Source: an uncultured Acidobacteriota bacterium (GTDB taxonomy: Bacteria; Acidobacteriota; Thermoanaerobaculia; Gp7-AA8). From it: 64,000 nt of DNA. Where the stretch lies: assembly GCA_963822445.1 (NCBI GenBank), contig CAWGHO010000003.1:1056001-1120000 (forward strand), given 5' to 3'. Below, piece after piece: positions 47,438 through 56,299 of the stretch. Within the stretch, counting starts at the first letter, position 1; every line of letters starts with the position of its first letter. The position numbers and the translations under genes were made by a program. Under the pieces are notes generated by a model that saw only the letters and a list, made by a program, of their open reading frames with translations, did no database searches and had not been told where the DNA came from.

Positions 47438-48145
47438 CTATTCAGTCGTGAAGCTGGCGTGTCGATCGCCGCACTGGAGATTGAGGATGATGTTCGTCCG
47501 TTCCGCAGTGCTGACCGGAACTGCCACACCCAGCGCCTCGACGAGGCGCGAAATGGTTGGCGCCTCGGGATCGCGAACTTCGAACGACTCGAGCACACAT
47601 CCGGTCGGAGATGTCGCGGATGGATGACGCGTGTTCGCACCCCAGTGAATGAGAAAGGGCACCGCGTTGGTAGCGCCCAACGGGAGGCCGAAGGTGGTCC
47701 ATTCGAGCAGGTCGCCCGAGGTCGTTCGACGGCTACCGGGTCGTAGCTCAGTGACTTCGAAATCACGGTCGCGAAGATACGGGTGCGCCGCCGCAGCATC
47801 CTTTACCTGGAGTGCCCAGCCGATCACCGTTGGCCGCTGGAGCGATCGCAGAGATTTGACCATCGGGTTGTCGGCCGCGTCACGCTGGGGCGCGATGATC
47901 TCGAGGTACGCGCCGTTGCCCAGCGAAACCAGCGCGTTCTCCGTTCCACGGCCGGGATGCTGACCGCCCCGAACAGGAACGACTCCAGTTGCCGCGGTGA
48001 AGGCGGCGACGCCCTGCTCCAGGTCAGAAACGCCAACGATGACGTGATCAAGTGTGGCGACGGACATGGGATCGTGGCCTCCGGTTCGACAAGCCGCAAC
48101 CGCGAGCGTTACGGCGCACAGTGCACTGCGAACAAATTGCTTCAC
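47438..48145 (-). CDS. VOC/glyoxalase-like family lipoprotein
   Basis: Lipobox-like AVAAC; LDHVIVGV.DL, GGQHPGRGTENAL, YLEIIA, PFLIHW. Confidence 0.85.
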   Translation of the reverse strand: MKQFVRSALCAVTLAVAACRTGGHDPMSVATLDHVIVGVSDLEQGVAAFTAATGVVPVRGGQHPGRGTENALVSLGNGAYLEIIAPQRDAADNPMVKSLRSLQRPTVIGWALQVKDAAAAHPYLRDRDFEVTELRPGSRRTTSGDLLEWTTFGLPLGATNAVPFLIHWGANTRHPSATSPTGCVLESFEVRDPEAPTISRLVEALGVAVPVSTAERTNIILNLQCGDRHASFTTE

Positions 48146-48172
48146 GCTTGCGTCCTCCTGTCCGCCCGGAGA

Positions 48173-49537
48173 CTACATGTTGTCAAGCACCTGATCGATC
48201 GACAGCAATCGCTCGCCTCCCTTCGCATCCCGAAACACCGCGTGGTACCAGCCCTTCACGCCGACCGGCGTGAGCACCTCGCGGCCCACCTTCAGGGTCT
48301 TGCCCGCGGCCAGGCGCAGGAACACGCGCTCGTAGGCGGAGCGGGTCAGGCGCGGCGTCGAGGACGGCGGCGGAGCTTCGCGGCGGCGGTCGGTGCTTTC
48401 GCGGCGCTGCAGTCGCGGGGGGAGGGTGACGCGATTGCGGCGATCGACGCCTTCGCCGCGCCAGGGCGGTGCGAGCTTCTCCTCCACATCCGCGCGGCGC
48501 CGTCGCGGTTTCCGCGCGGCTTCGTCCTGCATCGCCGGCGCGTAATTCTCGAGCTCCGGAATCGCGTCGCCCCACCGCGCCTGACGTCCGACGTCGTCAT
48601 AAGCCGGAGGACGATCGGGCAGGTCGAGCAGCGATGGCGTCTCGCCGCGCAGCACGGAAAACAGAATGCGATAGCTGAAAGGATCGGAGTAACGCCGGAT
48701 CGAGTCGCGAAAGAAGGTGGCGATGCCGAGGGCGATCTCGCGGAGAGACTGGCCGTCCCAGAGCGGCGCGTTGATGTCGCTGGTGAACGGGTTCCGCGGG
48801 AAATGAAAATCGCGCGTCACCCAGCCCTTGCGCGTCGGATGCTTCCCCGGCTCGACGCCGCGAATCACCGGAATCCGGCGCGTTTCGATCTCGCTCACCA
48901 GATACGACGGCCACGACACCACTTCGCGCACCACGCCGACGATCAACGCCGTCGTCGCCGCCATCAGGCCGGGATCGGGTGTGAAGTCGAAGGTGATCTC
49001 GATGCGATCGCGGCGCGGCCGCACGCCCAGCCCCGTCGAGCGGCGATTCGCGCCGGCGACCATCGCCGGAACCGGCAGCAGATGGGCGAGCAGCAACGCC
49101 AGTTTCTGAATGGTGCGATTGCGATTGCGCTCGTCACGCGGAATCTCGAAAGAGATGTTGAAGTGACAGCTGAACGCCTGCAGCCGGACACGCTTGGCGT
49201 TGCGCGCTTCCCAGCGATCGAGTTGATCGCGCACGAAGCCGATCTGCTCCCACAGACTGCGGACGACCCGGGCCGTGCATTGCGGTGCGATCTCGATCAC
49301 CGGCGTGACGACCTCGAGCACGCCGCCATCGAAGTAAATCGCGCCGCCGGTGGGTAACTGCGAGGCCTTCGAGCTTCGGTGGAGAAGGGGCCTGTCGATG
49401 AAAGCCGACGGCGTGCGCCAGTAGCTCTCCGGCTCGATCTCGACGTCGTCCACGAACACCTTGAACTCGGCCTCGAGACCGATCACCGGCATCCGGAGCT
49501 CGTTGCTATACGGGAAACGAAGGGAATCGTCGGACAT
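48173..49537 (-). CDS. Glutamate-cysteine ligase / PafA-Dop (Pup ligase)-like protein
   Basis: IGLEAEF, LPTGGAIYFDGGVLEVVTP, SCHFNISF, RPRRDRIEI; SD GAGG. Confidence 0.7.
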   Translation of the reverse strand: MSDDSLRFPYSNELRMPVIGLEAEFKVFVDDVEIEPESYWRTPSAFIDRPLLHRSSKASQLPTGGAIYFDGGVLEVVTPVIEIAPQCTARVVRSLWEQIGFVRDQLDRWEARNAKRVRLQAFSCHFNISFEIPRDERNRNRTIQKLALLLAHLLPVPAMVAGANRRSTGLGVRPRRDRIEITFDFTPDPGLMAATTALIVGVVREVVSWPSYLVSEIETRRIPVIRGVEPGKHPTRKGWVTRDFHFPRNPFTSDINAPLWDGQSLREIALGIATFFRDSIRRYSDPFSYRILFSVLRGETPSLLDLPDRPPAYDDVGRQARWGDAIPELENYAPAMQDEAARKPRRRRADVEEKLAPPWRGEGVDRRNRVTLPPRLQRRESTDRRREAPPPSSTPRLTRSAYERVFLRLAAGKTLKVGREVLTPVGVKGWYHAVFRDAKGGERLLSIDQVLDNM

Positions 49538-49558
49538 AACCTCGGACGATCCCCTTTG

Positions 49559-49574
49559 AGCAAGGACCGCGCCG
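49559..49574 (-). promoter_or_regulatory. Putative sigma54 -24/-12 promoter
   Basis: CGGCGCGGTCCTTGCT = GG-N10-GC with TTGC, 21 nt before ATG 49537. Confidence 0.55.
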
Positions 49575-49582
49575 GTCGTCCG

Positions 49583-50347
49583 TTACTTGCGAACCAGGCG
49601 GTATTGCACGGTCAGCTCGTGCGAGACTTCCTTGGCCTCGCCCGTTTCGTCCTTGAACGGCCGGAAGCGCCAGCGGCGGATGGCGTCGATGGTGGCCCGC
49701 TCGAACACGGAATGCTCGGGCTTGGTCAGGATGATGACCTCCCGAACCCTGCCTCGCTTGTCGATGATGTAGCGGACGACGACCGTGTCTTCCCAGCCTT
49801 TGGCCTTTGCCGTGTCGGGGTAGATCGGGTAGTCCTGCGACATCGACTCCATCGGAAGCTGGGCGTCGCGCGCGACTTCGACCATCTCCGGCGGCGGCAG
49901 CGGCTTTTTCGGAGGTTCGACGACGACGCTTTCGAGGACTCCGCCGACGACCCCGCCTTCCACGCCGCCTTCGACCCCGCCCTCGACGCCGCCGGTGACC
50001 GCGGGCTGATCAACCGGAGCTTCGGCCGGCGCCACGACGGGAATCTCATCCGGGATGACCGTCGGCGCGACGATCTGCTGGGGCATGGTGACCGGTTTGA
50101 CCGGCGCGACGACTGCCTTTTTCGCGGCGGGGGGAGGGGGCGGCGGCGGAGGTGGCGGGGGCGGCTCGGTGAGCGAGTACGCCATGAACATTTTCGGCGA
50201 CTGCTTCGGAAACTCGACCTTCCAGATCGTGGCGGCCAGCGCGGCCGCGGCCAACAGGGCGTGGATCGTCAACGACACGGGAAGCGTCTCGTAGAACAGT
50301 TTGCGGCTGCGCGGCGTAACCGCTTCCGGGACGACCGTCTCGAACAT
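49583..50347 (-). CDS. TonB family energy transducer
   Basis: TM with S..IH, poly-Pro, GGVEGGV repeats, YP..AKAKG.E..V, AIRRWRFRP. Confidence 0.92.
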   Translation of the reverse strand: MFETVVPEAVTPRSRKLFYETLPVSLTIHALLAAAALAATIWKVEFPKQSPKMFMAYSLTEPPPPPPPPPPPPAAKKAVVAPVKPVTMPQQIVAPTVIPDEIPVVAPAEAPVDQPAVTGGVEGGVEGGVEGGVVGGVLESVVVEPPKKPLPPPEMVEVARDAQLPMESMSQDYPIYPDTAKAKGWEDTVVVRYIIDKRGRVREVIILTKPEHSVFERATIDAIRRWRFRPFKDETGEAKEVSHELTVQYRLVRK

Positions 50348-50423
50348 TGCTTTCCGTGTTTGATCGCTTCGGCGGGAGGTTAGCACCCCTCGCGAACGAA
50401 TGTGCTACAAGAATGTCACGTCC

Positions 50424-50870
50424 ATGGCTCGCTACATTCAGCGCATCGCGCTCCTCGGCAAGGAGCGCTGGATCGGATGGGAAATCGACGGAGTGGGCAC
50501 GGAAGTCCCCGGCTTGACGCTCGCCGATCACATGACCGATGAGGAGATCCGGGCCCGCGGCGTCAAGGAATTCCGGACGATGCCGTTCGAGAGTTTTCTC
50601 GGAATGGGCGCCGTCAACGCGGCCGGCGGCGAGCTGCACGATCAGGACATCGACTACCGGCTCGACGCGCTGCTCGTGGGCATGGAGCGGATTCGCTCGC
50701 GCGGAGAAACCGCTGTGCCGCGGGCGATTCTCCTCGGCTTCTTTGGTGATGACCGCCAGCTCGTCCATCCTCGCGTGCAGGCAAGGATCCGCGAATGGGA
50801 AACGGCGGGGCAGGTGCAGTTCGTCGGCAACGACGAGTGCTATCTGAAGATCGTCGGACGATTGGCTTAA
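50424..50870 (+). CDS. Hypothetical protein (148 aa)
   Basis: Typical codon usage; fills the gap; start MARYIQ. Confidence 0.65.
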   Translation: MARYIQRIALLGKERWIGWEIDGVGTEVPGLTLADHMTDEEIRARGVKEFRTMPFESFLGMGAVNAAGGELHDQDIDYRLDALLVGMERIRSRGETAVPRAILLGFFGDDRQLVHPRVQARIREWETAGQVQFVGNDECYLKIVGRLA

Positions 50871-51136
50871 AGCGCCCCGGCCACCTTCGCCAGTTGTTCG
50901 GCAATCTCCTGCGTCGACGCCTTCGCGACGGTCGCCGAATCGAACCGCACCAGCACCGGATCGTAAATCCCCCGCTGGAACAGCGCCGCACGAACGTCGA
51001 TGAAACGCTCGCGAAGATCCGCTGCCGGTGCACCGTCTCCAACAGTCTTCAACTCCTCCGCGACAGCCGCCGCCAGCTGCTTGAGCTGCTCGAGTGGAAT
51101 GGCTATCGGAAGCTTCTCTTCGTGGTGATCGCTCAT
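50867..51136 (-). CDS. Hypothetical helical protein (89 aa)
   Basis: SD GAGGAG; ATGA overlap with the upstream ORF. Confidence 0.7.
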   Translation of the reverse strand: MSDHHEEKLPIAIPLEQLKQLAAAVAEELKTVGDGAPAADLRERFIDVRAALFQRGIYDPVLVRFDSATVAKASTQEIAEQLAKVAGAL

Positions 51137-51366
51137 CGTCTCCTCTGAATCCCCAGCTTTTCGTACATCGCGTCGTCGTCCGTCTCCACGCGCGCGAAAA
51201 CCGTCACGCCATGATTGGCGGGCGCGTCTTCGATCCTGATCAACCCCTGCTCGGACAGATCGTCATCGACGCCGGCGATATCGTAGCCCGCCCACACCGC
51301 GAAGCCCCGCTCCTCGGTGGGCCCGATCGAGCCTACTCGCGTGAACTTCTTGAGGTAACGCCCCAT
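51133..51366 (-). CDS. Hypothetical protein (77 aa)
   Basis: MGRYLKKF..GIQRRR, the C-terminal part of track ORF 51133-51750; coupled to the next gene. Confidence 0.65.
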   Translation of the reverse strand: MGRYLKKFTRVGSIGPTEERGFAVWAGYDIAGVDDDLSEQGLIRIEDAPANHGVTVFARVETDDDAMYEKLGIQRRR

Positions 51367-51764
51367 CGTTCCATGATCCGGGCCAGCGCGGCCGTGCCCA
51401 ACCCCCACGCGCCGTTGATCAGCAGTCCGGCGACGGCCATCTTCGCGTTGCCACCGGCGGCCATTCCTTTGAGCGGCGCGACCACGAATCCGGCGACGAG
51501 CGTCGGCACGATCGCGCCGAAGAGCAGCGCGACGATCCAGAACTTCGCGCCGGTCATCCTTCCCACGACGAGCATCAGGATCACACCCCACACACCGCCC
51601 CAGAACGAAAGCGAGATCAGTTCCGGAACGCCGAACGGCTTCGTGGCCGCGAACGAGTACGGCGATCGATCGATGAAACCAACCGCGTTCATGATCGCGA
51701 CGACGACCTGGTGAAAGAGCGGCACGGCCAGCGCGCCGGCAAGAAACCACTTCAAACCTCGCAT
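51333..51764 (-). CDS. Hypothetical four-TM membrane protein
   Basis: SD GGAGG; FHQ, PFGVP, FWGGVWG, NGAWGLG. Confidence 0.75.
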   Translation of the reverse strand: MRGLKWFLAGALAVPLFHQVVVAIMNAVGFIDRSPYSFAATKPFGVPELISLSFWGGVWGVILMLVVGRMTGAKFWIVALLFGAIVPTLVAGFVVAPLKGMAAGGNAKMAVAGLLINGAWGLGTAALARIMERWGVTSRSSRE

Positions 51765-51779
51765 ACTCTTCCTCCCGAA

Positions 51780-52220
51780 ATGCCTCCGGAGCTGATCATC
51801 TTCGTCGGCCTTCAAGCCTCGGGCAAGTCCACCTACTATCAGACTCACTTTGCGGCAACGCACGTGCATGTGAGCAAAGACCTGATGAAGAACGCGCGCA
51901 ATCGCGAGGCGAGACAGATCGAGATGATCGACCAGGCGCTGGCACAAGGACGATCGGTGGTCGTCGACAACACCAATCCCACACCCGCGATCCGTGCTCC
52001 GCTGATCGCACTCGGCAAGCGCCACGGCGCGCGCGTCGTGGCGTACTACTTCGAGACGACGATGAAGGACGCGGTTGCGCGCAACCGGCAACGCGAAGGC
52101 AAAGCGCGCGTTCCCGACGTCGCCCTGTTCGTTTCGGCCAAGAAGATGGTGCCGCCGGGCGTCGCGGAAGGATTCGACGAGGTCCGCGTCATCGCCCCGA
52201 TCCCGAGCGTTACGACATGA
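51780..52220 (+). CDS. AAA_33 P-loop kinase (polynucleotide-kinase-like)
   Basis: FVGLQASGKST, VVDNTN..R, RN..R, EGFDEV. Confidence 0.87.
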   Translation: MPPELIIFVGLQASGKSTYYQTHFAATHVHVSKDLMKNARNREARQIEMIDQALAQGRSVVVDNTNPTPAIRAPLIALGKRHGARVVAYYFETTMKDAVARNRQREGKARVPDVALFVSAKKMVPPGVAEGFDEVRVIAPIPSVTT

Positions 52221-54103
52221 CGCCCAGGCAACTGCTCAAGAAAGTGTTTCCTCCCATGCTCGCTTCGCTGGCGGAAGCGCCGCCGCGGGACGAGTCGAAC
52301 TGGTCGTATGAATTGAAGTACGACGGCTTCCGCGCCGTGGTCGGCATCGTGAAGGGCGAGGTGGCCATGCTCAGCCGCAACGAGCTCGATCTCGCGCCGC
52401 GCTTTCCGCGCACGTTCGAAGCGCTGAAGAAACTCGAGTGCGACGAGATCGTGATCGACGGGGAAGTGGTCGTGCTCGACGAGCAGGGCGCGCCGCGGTT
52501 CCAGTTGCTGCAGCAGGGCGGCCGCGAGCTGATGGCCGTCTTCGACATCCTCTGGCTCAACGGCGAAGACCTGCGGCGGAAGACCTATCTCGAGCGGCGA
52601 AAAATGCTGGAGAAGTTCCTCCGCAAGGCTCCTGCCGGCATCGCCGTCTCCCAGAAGATGGATCCTCCCGGCGAGAAAGCTCTGGCGACGGCCGCGGCGG
52701 GCGGGTGGGAAGGAATCATCGCCAAGAAGAACGACTCGACGTATGAGTCGCGCCGCTCGAAGGACTGGCTGAAGATCAAGGCCATCAATCAGCAGGAGCT
52801 CGTGATCGTCGGCTATCAACCGAGCAACGCCAACGATCGCGACATCGGATCGCTGCATCTCGCCGTGAACGAGAACGGCGCGCTGCGCTACGCCGGCAAA
52901 GTCGGGACGGGCTTTTCCTCGAAGCTGCGAGGCTGGTTGAAAGACGAACTGGACAAGGACGTGATCCCGAAGACGGATGTGAAGGACGCGCCGCGCGTAC
53001 GGACCGCGGTCTGGACCAAACCGCGATTCGTTGCCCAGGTTTCGTTCACCGAGTGGACCGGCGATCACCGCCTGCGCCACCCCTCATTCCTCGGACTCCG
53101 CGACGACAAAGGAGTGAAAGACGTGGTGAGAGAGAAAGCAGGGGTTACGGGGTTACGGGGTTTCGAGGTTTCGGGGAAGAAGAACCCGGCCGCGAAAAAG
53201 TCGTCCACCCCGAAACCCCGTAACCTCGAAACCTCGCAACCGAAAGTCACGCTCACCAATCCCGACCGTCTTCTCTATCCGCGCGACAAGATCACCAAAC
53301 AGCACATCGCCGAGTATTACGAAGCTGTTTCCGCGCCGATGCTGCGCGCGCTCGAAGACCGGCCGCTGACGCTCGAGCACTGGAACCAGGGCATCGACAA
53401 GCCGTCCTGGTTTCATCAGAACATCGGCAAGGAAGGGGCGTCGTGGCTGACCGTCGTGGAGACGCCGACGCGCACGACGAAAAGCGGCAGCGTCAAACAT
53501 CTCGTCGTCGACAGCGTCGACGCACTGCGCTGGCTGGCGCAGATGTCCGTGCTCACCGTGCACATGTGGCATTCGCGCGCATCGAGCCTCGCCCACGCGG
53601 ACTGGATCCTCTTCGATCTCGATCCTGCGAAAGGAAAGGGGATCGAGCAGGCCATCGACGCCGCGATCGTGATGCGCAAGCTGCTCGAGAATCTCGAACT
53701 GCCGAGCGTCCCCAAGACCTCCGGAAAGCGCGGCATTCACGTGTTCGTCCCTCTCAAGGCCGGCTACACGCATGAGGAAGTCGGCGACTTCGCCTGCTCG
53801 CTCGCCGAAGCCGTGGCCACGAAAGTGCCGGGCATCACCGTCGAGCGCTCACTCGCCAAACGGCGCGGCCGTCTCTACCTCGACTGCATGCAGAACGCGT
53901 ACGGCAAGACCGTCGTCGCGCCCTACTCGCCGCGCGCGATTGACGGCGCTCCCGTTTCCGCACCGCTGAAGTGGAGCGAGATCACGAAGAAGCTCGACCC
54001 GCTGAAATACAACATCCGCACGATGCCCAATCGGCTGGCGAAGGTGGGGGACCTGTTCGAAGAGGTGTTCAGGAATGGGGTGAAGCTGCCGAAATTGAAG
54101 TGA
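52217..54103 (+). CDS. ligD: DNA ligase D (ATP-dependent ligase + primase-polymerase; no phosphoesterase domain)
   Basis: ELKYDGFR, EGIIAK, DWLKIK, VGTGF, LRHPSFLGLRDDK; FDLDP, KTSGKRGIH, APYSPR. Confidence 0.93.
   Translation: MTPRQLLKKVFPPMLASLAEAPPRDESNWSYELKYDGFRAVVGIVKGEVAMLSRNELDLAPRFPRTFEALKKLECDEIVIDGEVVVLDEQGAPRFQLLQQGGRELMAVFDILWLNGEDLRRKTYLERRKMLEKFLRKAPAGIAVSQKMDPPGEKALATAAAGGWEGIIAKKNDSTYESRRSKDWLKIKAINQQELVIVGYQPSNANDRDIGSLHLAVNENGALRYAGKVGTGFSSKLRGWLKDELDKDVIPKTDVKDAPRVRTAVWTKPRFVAQVSFTEWTGDHRLRHPSFLGLRDDKGVKDVVREKAGVTGLRGFEVSGKKNPAAKKSSTPKPRNLETSQPKVTLTNPDRLLYPRDKITKQHIAEYYEAVSAPMLRALEDRPLTLEHWNQGIDKPSWFHQNIGKEGASWLTVVETPTRTTKSGSVKHLVVDSVDALRWLAQMSVLTVHMWHSRASSLAHADWILFDLDPAKGKGIEQAIDAAIVMRKLLENLELPSVPKTSGKRGIHVFVPLKAGYTHEEVGDFACSLAEAVATKVPGITVERSLAKRRGRLYLDCMQNAYGKTVVAPYSPRAIDGAPVSAPLKWSEITKKLDPLKYNIRTMPNRLAKVGDLFEEVFRNGVKLPKLK
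53141..53240. repeat. Inverted 8-mer tandem array in frame in the LigD linker
   Basis: GGTTACGG/GGTTTCGA units and reverse complements; same family as 25135-25230. Confidence 0.85.
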
Positions 54104-54105
54104 GA

Positions 54106-54202
54106 TTGCTGGGTTGCTAGGTTGCTGAGCGCTCCGCCGAGTCGCATGATCGCGCTTCCTGGCGAAGCACCCAGCAACCCAGCAACTCAGCAACCGAGCA
54201 AC
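54106..54202. repeat. Inverted array of GGTTGCTr/CAGCAACC 8-mers
   Basis: Three units, a spacer, then four reverse-complement units. Confidence 0.8.
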
Positions 54203-54212
54203 GCGTAGCGAC

Positions 54213-54635
54213 ATGAAATCACACACCAAACACCTCACCCTCCACACCCGCGAACGGATGCAGTTCATCAACATCACGAATGAAGTCGAGGCCGAGCTGC
54301 GCGCCAGCGGCATCAGGGAGGGGCTCTGTCTCGTCAACGCGATGCACATCACCGCGAGCGTCTTCATCAACGACGACGAGCGCGGGCTGCACGAGGATTA
54401 CAAGCGCTGGCTGGAGTGGCTTGCGCCCTACGATCCGAGTCCGGAGCGCTATCACCACAACCGCACCGGCGAGGACAACGGCGACGCGCATCACAAGCGA
54501 CAGGTCATGGGCCGGGAGGTGGTCGTCGCCATCACGGACGGCACGCTCGATTTCGGTCCGTGGGAGCAGATCTTCTACGGTGAGTTCGACGGGCGCCGCG
54601 ACAAACGGGTGATGATCAAGATCATCGGCGAATGA
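54213..54635 (+). CDS. yjbQ: YjbQ family protein (UPF0047)
   Basis: [32 protein letters not shown]. Confidence 0.92.
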   Translation: MKSHTKHLTLHTRERMQFINITNEVEAELRASGIREGLCLVNAMHITASVFINDDERGLHEDYKRWLEWLAPYDPSPERYHHNRTGEDNGDAHHKRQVMGREVVVAITDGTLDFGPWEQIFYGEFDGRRDKRVMIKIIGE

Positions 54636-54657
54636 CGGAGCGGGTAAGATCCGCGTC

Positions 54658-55413
54658 GTGAAACGGGCCATCATCACCGGAGCCTCCAGCGGAATCGGAC
54701 TTCATCTCGCGCGCGAGCTCTCGCGTCGCGGATACGCGCTGGCGCTGCTCGCGCGCCGCATCGATCTCCTCAACGACCTCGCTCACGAGATCGGCTCGCC
54801 GGCGGTGGCCATCGCCTGCGACGTTTCGGATCGCGCATCGGTACGCGACGCCGTACAGAAGGCCCAGCAGCAACTCGGCGGGCCGTTCGACCTCGCCGTC
54901 GCCAACGCCGGCGTGAGCATTCCCGGCCATGCGACGAAGTTCAAGATCGACGAGGCCGAGCAGATCATCCGCGTGAACGTCCTGGGCATGATGTATCTCT
55001 TCGACGCCGTCATTCCGGCGATGGTCGAGCAGGGTACCGGGCAATTCGTCGGCGTCGCATCCGTCGCCGGCCTGCGTGGATTGCCGACCGCGGGACCGTA
55101 TTCGGCGAGTAAGGCCGCCATGCAGGCATTTCTCGAATCATCGCGGATCGAGCTGAAGCCGTACGGCGTCGGCGTCACCATCGTCAATCCCGGTTTCGTG
55201 GCCACGGCGATGACGGACAAGAACCGCTTCCGCATGCCGTTCCTCATGCAGGCGGACAAAGCGGCGCGCATCATTGCCGATGGCATCGATCGGCGGGCGC
55301 GGGTGATCGAATTTCCCAAACGCATGTCGCTGCTGATGCGATTCGTGCGACTGGTTCCCGACGCGTTGTACGACCGCGTCACCGTGCCGTTCGGACGGCG
55401 AAAGGCGAAGTGA
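54658..55413 (+). CDS. SDR family oxidoreductase
   Basis: ITGASSGIG, ANAG, YSASK, PGFV.T. Confidence 0.93.
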   Translation: MKRAIITGASSGIGLHLARELSRRGYALALLARRIDLLNDLAHEIGSPAVAIACDVSDRASVRDAVQKAQQQLGGPFDLAVANAGVSIPGHATKFKIDEAEQIIRVNVLGMMYLFDAVIPAMVEQGTGQFVGVASVAGLRGLPTAGPYSASKAAMQAFLESSRIELKPYGVGVTIVNPGFVATAMTDKNRFRMPFLMQADKAARIIADGIDRRARVIEFPKRMSLLMRFVRLVPDALYDRVTVPFGRRKAK

Positions 55414-55874
55414 TGAAACCGACGACGATGGTCCGTCTCTGGTCGCTGCAGAACGTCTTCCTGCTCTGGCTGATCCGGCCGAGGATCGTTGAACTGACGG
55501 ACGACCGCTGCGTTGTGCGCGTGCCGCTGAACTGGCGCACCCGCCGCCGCGACATTCGCGCAATGTACCTCGGCACCCTCTGCATGGGCGCGGACGTGGC
55601 GGCCGGGCTGATCTCCTTCAAGCTGGTGATGGACCGGAAGCTCAACGTCTCGTTCGTGTTCAAGGACATCCGCGGGGAGTTTCTCAAGCGCGCCGACGGC
55701 GACGTCGTGTTCACCAACAACGACGGCCCGATGATTCAGGCGCTGGTAGCGCGCGCGATGGAGTCGGGCGAGCGCCAGGAATCGACGGTCCACGTCGTCG
55801 CGACGGTGCCCGAGAAATATGGCGACGAGCCGGTCGCGAAGTTCGAACTGACGCTCTCCTTGAAAAGACGGTAG
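55410..55874 (+). CDS. DUF4442 / hotdog-fold thioesterase-like protein
   Basis: PLNWRT, MYLG...GAD, EFLKRA. Confidence 0.8.
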   Translation: MMKPTTMVRLWSLQNVFLLWLIRPRIVELTDDRCVVRVPLNWRTRRRDIRAMYLGTLCMGADVAAGLISFKLVMDRKLNVSFVFKDIRGEFLKRADGDVVFTNNDGPMIQALVARAMESGERQESTVHVVATVPEKYGDEPVAKFELTLSLKRR

Positions 55875-55913
55875 GCAGTCTCGCGCATCGGCGCGGACTA
55901 TAGATTGATGAAA

Positions 55914-56285
55914 ATGCCGCCGAATCTGCCCGAGAGTGTCTTGTCGGCAATCGAAACCGCGATCGCCGAGTCACGGGCGCGGGTCCGCGTCGGCTATCCC
56001 TGGTGGCTGCGACCGTGGCTGGCCCGCGACGTCATCGCCATCACCCTTGGCCGCCGCATTTATCTCAGCGGCAAGGCCACGGCCCGTTCGTCGGCGTATC
56101 TCGAGCGCCTGCTCCGACACGAGCTCGCTCACGTCCGGCAGGTCAATCGCCACGGGCTGATCCCTTTTCTCGTGAGGTACATCGCTGAGTTCGTCCGTCT
56201 GCTTCTGCGCGAGCGTTCGGTCAATGAGGCGTACCGGAAGATCTCGTTCGAGGTCGAGGCGAAGGCCGCGGAAGAAGGCCTATAA
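55914..56285 (+). CDS. DUF4157-like HExxH protein
   Basis: AITLGRRI, LLRHELAHVRQ, SFEVEA. Confidence 0.78.
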   Translation: MPPNLPESVLSAIETAIAESRARVRVGYPWWLRPWLARDVIAITLGRRIYLSGKATARSSAYLERLLRHELAHVRQVNRHGLIPFLVRYIAEFVRLLLRERSVNEAYRKISFEVEAKAAEEGL

Positions 56286-56299
56286 TCGGCCTTTCCCCA

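Noticed and set aside
49950-50170. GGVEGGV and poly-Pro DNA repeats
   Set aside because: Ordinary low-complexity linker of a TonB protein
55914-56285. DUF4157 gene as marker of a contractile injection system
   Set aside because: No sheath, tube or baseplate genes in the window
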